A stretch of DNA of 64,000 nucleotides from an uncultured Desulfospira sp. GTDB lineage: Bacteria; Desulfobacterota; Desulfobacteria; Desulfobacterales; Desulfobacteraceae. The notes beneath the pieces were generated by a model. That model was given only the letters and a program-made list of their open reading frames with translations, was not told where the DNA came from and did no database searches. The position numbers were made by a program, and so were the translations under genes. Where the stretch lies: contig OY760175.1 in assembly GCA_963663165.1 (NCBI GenBank), positions 5,824,001-5,888,000 of the forward strand, in the 5' to 3' direction. Positions 57,922 through 64,000 of this stretch are shown piece by piece (within the stretch, counting starts at the first letter, position 1; every line of letters starts with the position of its first letter).

Positions 57922-59169
57922 ATGAAGTCTTCTTCCGGTGCCGGCATCCGGCGGACCACCGTCCTGAGAATTTTTCTGCCCTTTACCTTTGGGTATTTTT
58001 TGTCCTACGTGTTCCGGGTGGTCAATGCCGTCATTGCCCCTGACATTGCCCAGGACCTTGGCATTGGCCCGGCCGATTTAGGGCTGGTGACATCGTCTTA
58101 CTTCATTTCTTTTGCGGCGGCCCAGCTGCCTTTGGGGATTTTTCTGGACCGGCTCGGGCCCCGGGTGGTGGAATCCTTTCTGCTCTTGTTTGCCGGGGCT
58201 GGGGCCGTTATTTTTGCGGTGTCGGACAGCCTGACCGGGCTGATTCTGGGCCGGGGCCTTATCGGGTTCGGGGTATCGGCCTGCCTGATGGCGGCCTTTA
58301 AAAATTATGTGATCTGGTTTCCTTCAAAGATTCTGGCCCGGGTCAATGGATTTCAGGTGGCCTCAGGCGGGATGGGTGCCCTGGCTGCGGCAAGCCCGGT
58401 GGAGTGGGCCTTGAGCGTAACCGGATGGCGGGGCTTGTTTTGGGGCCTGGCGATCTTGTCCTTTGGGATTGCAGCCCTTATTTTCCTGGTGGTGCCCGAA
58501 TCCCCGGATAAAAAATCTCCGGAAAGCCTTTCAGACCAGATCCGGGGTATTGTCACGGTTTTCAAAAGTCCGGTGTTCTGGCGGATCACCCCGCTGGCCA
58601 CCCTGTCCCTGGCCGGGTATGCCTCCCTTCAGGGACTTTGGGCCGGTCCCTGGCTCAGGGATGTGGCAGGCCTTGGCCGCCAGGACGTGGCTGCGGCCCT
58701 GTCTGTATCCGCCCTGGCCATGATTGCCGGCTATATTCTCTCAGGATATTTGGCAGAACGGCTTTCCAGGCGCAACATCCCGGTCATGAAAACCGCTGCC
58801 GCCGGCATGGCCGGATCCATGTTGGTTCTTTCGGTTATTGCCTTTGACCTGCCCGTTTCGCCGTGGATCATCATGGGATTTTTCGGCTTTTTCGGCACCA
58901 TGGGGATTCTGGCTTATACTTCCCTTACCCTTGCTTTTCCGCCCGCTCTTTCAGGGCGGGCCACCACCGGGCTGAACATGCTGGTGTTTGCCGGGGCCTT
59001 TGCCGTCCAGTGGGCCATCGGTATAGTCATTAACCTGTGGGAGGTTTCAGCCGGCAACACTTATGACCCGGCCGGATACCGGGCCGCATTTTCAGGGCTT
59101 CTCTTTTGCCAGGCAGCGGCGTTGATCTGGTTTTGGATTTCAGGCAGGCGGCCAGATCAGAGGGCTTAA
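57922..59169 (+). CDS. MFS transporter
   Basis: QLPLGIFLDRLGPR motif A, GRGLIGFG, about 12 TM segments. Confidence 0.92.
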   Translation: MKSSSGAGIRRTTVLRIFLPFTFGYFLSYVFRVVNAVIAPDIAQDLGIGPADLGLVTSSYFISFAAAQLPLGIFLDRLGPRVVESFLLLFAGAGAVIFAVSDSLTGLILGRGLIGFGVSACLMAAFKNYVIWFPSKILARVNGFQVASGGMGALAAASPVEWALSVTGWRGLFWGLAILSFGIAALIFLVVPESPDKKSPESLSDQIRGIVTVFKSPVFWRITPLATLSLAGYASLQGLWAGPWLRDVAGLGRQDVAAALSVSALAMIAGYILSGYLAERLSRRNIPVMKTAAAGMAGSMLVLSVIAFDLPVSPWIIMGFFGFFGTMGILAYTSLTLAFPPALSGRATTGLNMLVFAGAFAVQWAIGIVINLWEVSAGNTYDPAGYRAAFSGLLFCQAAALIWFWISGRRPDQRA

Positions 59170-59551
59170 CCTTTGCCCGGATGCTGACCAAAAGGTTGGC
59201 CAGGATAACCGCCACCACCAGGCCGAATACGAGCCAGGCCCTTGAGGTGAATGACGCCTTGCCGGCCCAGGCCGCATAGGCATAGGGAAGGATGGTATTC
59301 ACCAGGAGGATGCCGCCCCAGATGAATACCGCTTTGATATTCATGGCCTTTCGCCGGGCCATGGAATTGACAAATTGGGACAGGCTCAGGATATAAAGGG
59401 GAACCGTTGCCATGTCCAGAAACAAAAACAGATACGGATTGATGTTATGGTTCCTGGCCAGATCACAGAAAAGCCAGAATTTGGCCAGATCATACCCCCA
59501 CAACAACAGCATGGCCTTGATCTGGTGATTCCGTGTAATGTTGAAAGCCAT
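59030..59551 (-). CDS. Hypothetical membrane protein (about 4 TM)
   Basis: ATG overlaps the upstream TAA (TAATG); the 3' end overlaps the convergent MFS gene by 140 nt, so the tail is uncertain. Confidence 0.6.
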   Translation of the reverse strand: MAFNITRNHQIKAMLLLWGYDLAKFWLFCDLARNHNINPYLFLFLDMATVPLYILSLSQFVNSMARRKAMNIKAVFIWGGILLVNTILPYAYAAWAGKASFTSRAWLVFGLVVAVILANLLVSIRAKVKPSDLAACLKSKTRSTPLPGKREALKMRPGIRPGHKCCRLKPPTG

Positions 59552-60600
59552 TAAATTTTGTCCCTGACCACGTTAAAGCGGATCACTGCATCGGTGACGG
59601 TGCTGCGGCCCGAATGCCAGAAACCCGCAAGCCAGACCAGCTGGATAAACAGCAGGACTCCCGGATCCCAGATGGACTTGATCCCCTTGCCAAGGTCCAT
59701 GGTGACCAGGCCCAAAGGGAGCAAAAAGGCCAGGACACAGGAATAGGCAATGGCCCCTAAGGCCATGTACTGGTACATGGAAAATTTAAGTTCGCCTCTG
59801 AAATCGGCCCTGAAAAACTCCGATATCACCCGCCAGGCCTGGGTAATGATCAGGGTTTCAAGGAAGGCCGCCCGGATAGACCCCTCTAAGAAAAGCCAGG
59901 TGCCCACCAGCGCCGACATCCCGTAAATCATGGAGGTAATCATCTGGATGGGAATCATCTTTTCCCCGTCAAGCCCCGAGGCATAGGCAATCTTCTTGGT
60001 CTTTCCCGTGAACACCACATAGAATTTTGAGAACAGGCGGCGGGTAAAGGGGGCGCATTCCTTTAAGGGTTTTCCGTAGCAGCAGCCAAAGCTCAGGCAT
60101 GCCAGCCGTCCCAGGGACTCCCCATAGGCATAGGCAATGGACACCGCGGCCAGCATGACAAATACATCAACACAAAACCCCATGAGCCGTCCGGCGGTCT
60201 GATTGACCAGAAGGATAATAAAGGGGCCGGCGATGGTCCCCACAAACACCGCCCCCCCAACGGTCAGGGTGGCCTGCTTTTTTTCCACGATCCCTGCCAC
60301 AATTTTGGAGGCCGGAATGGTAACGGCCAGAAACAAACCTGTTAATATCAGCAGGGCGGACACGGGAATCCCGGCCCCAACGGCCAGAACCAGTAACATG
60401 GCCACACTGAAGGCATAGGCAGCAGCCGACAGCAGGCCGTACCAGGTCAGGTTCAGACCCTGCCAGGACCCGTTGCCGTTTTTTCTTAAAGGAACCGCGG
60501 CCGCCATCTGCCATTCTTCCCCGGGCAGATATTTAAACCCCCAGCCCAGCACCAGCACCATAAAAATTCCCAGCCCGAGAACAAATAAAAAAGATTCCAC
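59551..60600 (-). CDS. Lgt (prolipoprotein diacylglyceryl transferase)-like membrane protein, divergent paralogue
   Basis: TWYGL, VGG, LGRLACLSFGCCYG, PIQM, WRVISEFFRAD in Lgt motif order. Confidence 0.8.
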   Translation of the reverse strand: MESFLFVLGLGIFMVLVLGWGFKYLPGEEWQMAAAVPLRKNGNGSWQGLNLTWYGLLSAAAYAFSVAMLLVLAVGAGIPVSALLILTGLFLAVTIPASKIVAGIVEKKQATLTVGGAVFVGTIAGPFIILLVNQTAGRLMGFCVDVFVMLAAVSIAYAYGESLGRLACLSFGCCYGKPLKECAPFTRRLFSKFYVVFTGKTKKIAYASGLDGEKMIPIQMITSMIYGMSALVGTWLFLEGSIRAAFLETLIITQAWRVISEFFRADFRGELKFSMYQYMALGAIAYSCVLAFLLPLGLVTMDLGKGIKSIWDPGVLLFIQLVWLAGFWHSGRSTVTDAVIRFNVVRDKI

Positions 60601-60619
60601 GTTATCCCCCCGTTTAATA

Positions 60620-61630
60620 TCATCTCGCCTGGGCGTTCGCCTGGGCGATCTCGGATCTCACCTTGACCTGTGTTTCCACCAAAGGCCGCCCAAAGCCTAC
60701 GGAAAAGCGGCTTTGGGCGTCTGTTCTGGCCATATTTTCCAGAATATCCCTTGAAACGGCCACCTTTTCCTTTTGAAACATCAGGATGGTGGTGGAACTG
60801 CCCGGCTTAAAAAGGCTTTTGGGCTGGCCTTTTTTTAAAAACAGCCCCGGGGAGACCTCAACCGGATCATGGTACCCCTGATCAGAATAGCACTGGACAA
60901 TGTTGCCGATCATCAATGCCACCACCTCCACCATGGCCACAAGCCCGATGCCGTCGCCGCCGTCCACATCCGTATCAATAATGGTCACCACCCGCCGGTT
61001 TTTGGAGCAGGGGGTCACCATCCGGACAACGGCCCCGGGATTGCAGGAGTGAAAACGGCCGTCAATTTCATATATATCCAGCACCCTGCCGGATACGGGC
61101 ACATGGTTGTAATGGTACTTGTCCGGGGTCAGCCTGAAAATGGCAAAATCTCCGTCTTCAAAGGCCCAGAGCCAGTCCGGCCGGTCCGTCCCGATGAGTT
61201 CTTTAAACTCGAAAAATTTTTCTTTTATCCGGATGGGGCTGTTCTCTTTGAATGATCCGGCCAGGACCATGGCGTCGGCAGGGGACACCACCGCTCGCTT
61301 GTCCTCCGGCATGGGCCGAAGTTCCTCAAAGCGGATTTGCCGCTCAAACACCTTTCGAAATGAGGTCAGCTCATTTAAGGCCCCCCGGATCTCACTTAAA
61401 TCAATCCCATGGGTTTTCAAAAAAGAATGGGGATGGACCGGCGGTGTTCTGAACCTGAAGTCATAATTGAGCGCTCCCAAAAGGGCCGATGTGCGCGAAC
61501 ATGTCAGAAGGTTAAATAAGACCGGGGCCTTTTCCCTTATATCCGAATAAACCAGGCGGATAACCCGGTCTTTGAATAATTTTTCCGTAACCACACGACC
61601 GGTTTCCCGGTCAACAAACTGATGCGTCAT
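60620..61630 (-). CDS. psd: Phosphatidylserine decarboxylase-family proenzyme
   Basis: FERQI, VSPAD, RLTPDKYHYNHVP, NRR, FKPGSSTT autocleavage motif. Confidence 0.9.
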   Translation of the reverse strand: MTHQFVDRETGRVVTEKLFKDRVIRLVYSDIREKAPVLFNLLTCSRTSALLGALNYDFRFRTPPVHPHSFLKTHGIDLSEIRGALNELTSFRKVFERQIRFEELRPMPEDKRAVVSPADAMVLAGSFKENSPIRIKEKFFEFKELIGTDRPDWLWAFEDGDFAIFRLTPDKYHYNHVPVSGRVLDIYEIDGRFHSCNPGAVVRMVTPCSKNRRVVTIIDTDVDGGDGIGLVAMVEVVALMIGNIVQCYSDQGYHDPVEVSPGLFLKKGQPKSLFKPGSSTTILMFQKEKVAVSRDILENMARTDAQSRFSVGFGRPLVETQVKVRSEIAQANAQAR

Positions 61631-64000
61631 ATTTCGCTTTTTCCCTGCTGATCACAAGGATGATAAGATAAATTAATTTTTTTAGATCCTTGATCTTAAG
61701 ATGGTTGTCCTCAAATCCCTGCCGGGCCGCCTTAAAAAAATCCGGCAGATCCTGGTTGTCCAGAATGCTTTCAAGGGCCTGTCCGTATTTAGGATCCCGG
61801 TAGGAGGCCCACAGGTCCATTTTCCAGGACCCCTTTTCAAGCAGGTCAAACCCCTGGGCAATATGGGTTTTTCTTAAGTTTTCCCGGTAGTGCTGTTCGG
61901 CCTGTTTATTAAATTCCCGGCCATTGACCGTCATGGGGTTTTTGGCCCCGGGGTCCTGTTTCATTATCCCGGCGGCCAGTTTTCCCCAGGCGGCATACCG
62001 TTGGGGGTGGGTAATCCGTTTTTCCAGGTCTATAAGGACCCTTTCCATTTTAAGGGCCTCCACCAGGCCGGCCCCGTCGGTCTTTAACAGGTGAATCAAT
62101 GCCTTTTGGTAGGCCTTGACGCTGATTTTTGTGTAGCCCGGATACCGGTGGCTTTTTTTGGTTTTCTCGACAGCCTTGAGAATCTTGACCAGAAAGGCAT
62201 TCTTTGTTCCGGTGTTAACGTAAAACACCGGGATATTGATGGCCGTACAATAAAAAATCTGGCGGCGTTCGCTTTCCACTTCCGGGTCATCCGGAATCAT
62301 GGGGTGGCTGATTTTTCCGGACAGGATATACTGATAGGCAAGGCAGGTGATCAGCCGCTGCAAATCAGCCGCATTGCCCATGTCCTGGCAGACATTTTCA
62401 AAAATGGAAAAATACCGGTGTTCAAACCCGGAATATCCCATCTGAGCATGTTTCCTTAGGCGGATCAGCTGATACAGGGCCATTCTTTCATCAAAGATCC
62501 CCATCTCGGTTAAGTCTTTTTTAAGCTGCTGTTCGCTTTGGACCCTTCCGTCCAGGGCCGGGCTTTCAAAGGTACTCATGATGGAGGCAAAATAGTCGAT
62601 GAGCCGGTAATCCGGTATAAAATCCCCTTTCAGGTTCAGCACCCGGGAGATCATTTTATCCATTATAACGGGGCCGAAGGGGGTTAAGGGGCGGCCGATC
62701 ACCTTGATGGCGGCCTTGGCCTTCCATTTTCGCCAGATCATGCGAAGATGGGTATAGTCCAGTTCATGGGGCAAAAATCCCAGGACCTGTTCAGGGTGGA
62801 AATCCTTGAATTCCAGGCGAAAGGGAGAGGCGCTGTAGATGCCGGGAAACAGGGGCAGAAAATGCTCGCTGATTTTGATGACCAGATCCCCCACCATTTT
62901 TTCAAAGGGTTCTCCCAGGCCGTAAGCCCGGTCCGCCATGAGTCTGGACAGCTTCAGGCTGCCCAGGCTGATGTGGGTCCCGTTGTTGGCCAGGCTGATG
63001 TTGGAGGTGTCCGGCAGCACCACCAGGTTGGAGGTGATGATTCCGGCCTCCTTGAGCTTGGCCATACCGTTGAGCCGGCTTCGGGACAACACCTTGTGGC
63101 AGATGTTCATGTAATCTTTTTTGGCTTCGCCCCGGTCCCACCCCGAAAGGCAGGGGCTCATGAACAGTTCCCGGTAAAATGAGTCTGAAATGCAGCTGTT
63201 CAGTTCTCTCTGCCGCAAGGGCGGAACAGAGGAAAAGAACACCTTTACCTGCTGGCCGGTTTCGGTCAGGTGAAATTTTTCCTGGGCATAGGCCACCAGG
63301 ACCTGGATGAGCAAAAACCGCAGCAGGGTTTCACCGGCCAGTTTCTGGCCAAGGCCGGAACCGGCCTTCTCAGACTTGACCGGATGAAAAGAAAACAGCT
63401 CAGGCGAGGTGTTGTCATTGGAAAAGTGGGCCAGCATCTGTTTGCCGCACTGTTCTATGGGGGCGGATAATTCAGGCTCATCTCCCAAGGCATCGGCCAG
63501 GGAAAGCTTTAACAGATAACTGACCGGAATCCGGATAACGGTCTGTCCATTGGCGTTGAACACAAACTCATCCACGTCTTTGCGGTATCCCGAAGAAGGA
63601 TCGGATTTATCGGCCTTTAAATCGGAATTAAACACTGTGTTGGCAAAGGAATTCAAGGTTTGCCGGGGCAGCCTGACCCAGGAGTTTTCCCAGACATCGG
63701 TCCGGGTGTCGGAAAGGTATTTTTCCAGGGCCGCGATGGGCTTATCGCTGGTATCTCCGGCCCTGGCCCGTCTCACGATGTTTTTATAGTAGTTGGAAGA
63801 TTCAATGACCAGGGGCAAGTCCAGGTTTTCCCGTCTGCCCTCAACCACGGCCTGAAATTCATTTTCCGCCCCGGCCGTGGCATCCCCGGAACAAAAGGGA
63901 AGGGCGCGGATAAACGCATCTGCCCGGGTGGTATCGATTCCTAAAACCCGGGCAAGGGACATCCCGCCGGCATCGTCCGCATTTGCCTGGTTCTCAGGCA
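61611..64000 (-). CDS. Large hypothetical protein, predicted GCS2/glutamine-synthetase-fold carboxylate-amine ligase (frame open to the window edge)
   Basis: TAGAENEFQ, SPELFS, NGTHISLG, YSASPF, GIFD..LYQLIR, FEHR motifs in YbdK/GCS order. Confidence 0.7.
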   Translation of the reverse strand, partial: PENQANADDAGGMSLARVLGIDTTRADAFIRALPFCSGDATAGAENEFQAVVEGRRENLDLPLVIESSNYYKNIVRRARAGDTSDKPIAALEKYLSDTRTDVWENSWVRLPRQTLNSFANTVFNSDLKADKSDPSSGYRKDVDEFVFNANGQTVIRIPVSYLLKLSLADALGDEPELSAPIEQCGKQMLAHFSNDNTSPELFSFHPVKSEKAGSGLGQKLAGETLLRFLLIQVLVAYAQEKFHLTETGQQVKVFFSSVPPLRQRELNSCISDSFYRELFMSPCLSGWDRGEAKKDYMNICHKVLSRSRLNGMAKLKEAGIITSNLVVLPDTSNISLANNGTHISLGSLKLSRLMADRAYGLGEPFEKMVGDLVIKISEHFLPLFPGIYSASPFRLEFKDFHPEQVLGFLPHELDYTHLRMIWRKWKAKAAIKVIGRPLTPFGPVIMDKMISRVLNLKGDFIPDYRLIDYFASIMSTFESPALDGRVQSEQQLKKDLTEMGIFDERMALYQLIRLRKHAQMGYSGFEHRYFSIFENVCQDMGNAADLQRLITCLAYQYILSGKISHPMIPDDPEVESERRQIFYCTAINIPVFYVNTGTKNAFLVKILKAVEKTKKSHRYPGYTKISVKAYQKALIHLLKTDGAGLVEALKMERVLIDLEKRITHPQRYAAWGKLAAGIMKQDPGAKNPMTVNGREFNKQAEQHYRENLRKTHIAQGFDLLEKGSWKMDLWASYRDPKYGQALESILDNQDLPDFFKAARQGFEDNHLKIKDLKKLIYLIILVISREKAKYDASVC

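Overview
This is a chromosomal-looking 64 kb window from a moderately GC-rich bacterium; gene content suggests a Desulfobacteraceae-like sulfate reducer (inference only). It holds about 45 CDSs. These include a TRAP DctM permease, LysE/Lrp, asd-rarD, an orphan IucA/IucC-like synthetase and a Cache-PAS-GGDEF-EAL protein. A TPP-riboswitch thiamine salvage operon is interrupted by a Phd/VapC toxin-antitoxin pair with its own promoter. Further on are a sigma54 porin divergent from an Npt/TLC-HEAT-cNMP protein, sbcDC, an S8 lipoprotein protease, a PEP-CTERM protein, an RND efflux/two-component operon and a DUF748 protein. I saw no rRNA, tRNA, CRISPR or transposase. Two things stand out. (1) A translationally coupled four-gene operon at the right edge joins a large hypothetical protein carrying the full motif series of a GCS2/YbdK-type carboxylate-amine ligase to a phosphatidylserine decarboxylase, an Lgt paralogue lacking the catalytic His, and a small membrane protein; it is a candidate novel aminolipid or lipid-modification pathway. 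(2) Intergenic DNA is filled with structured repeats: a two-hairpin ~90-nt element with compensatory base changes (a tandem array of 3 plus 3 dispersed copies) and several unrelated 7-nt-period repeat families.
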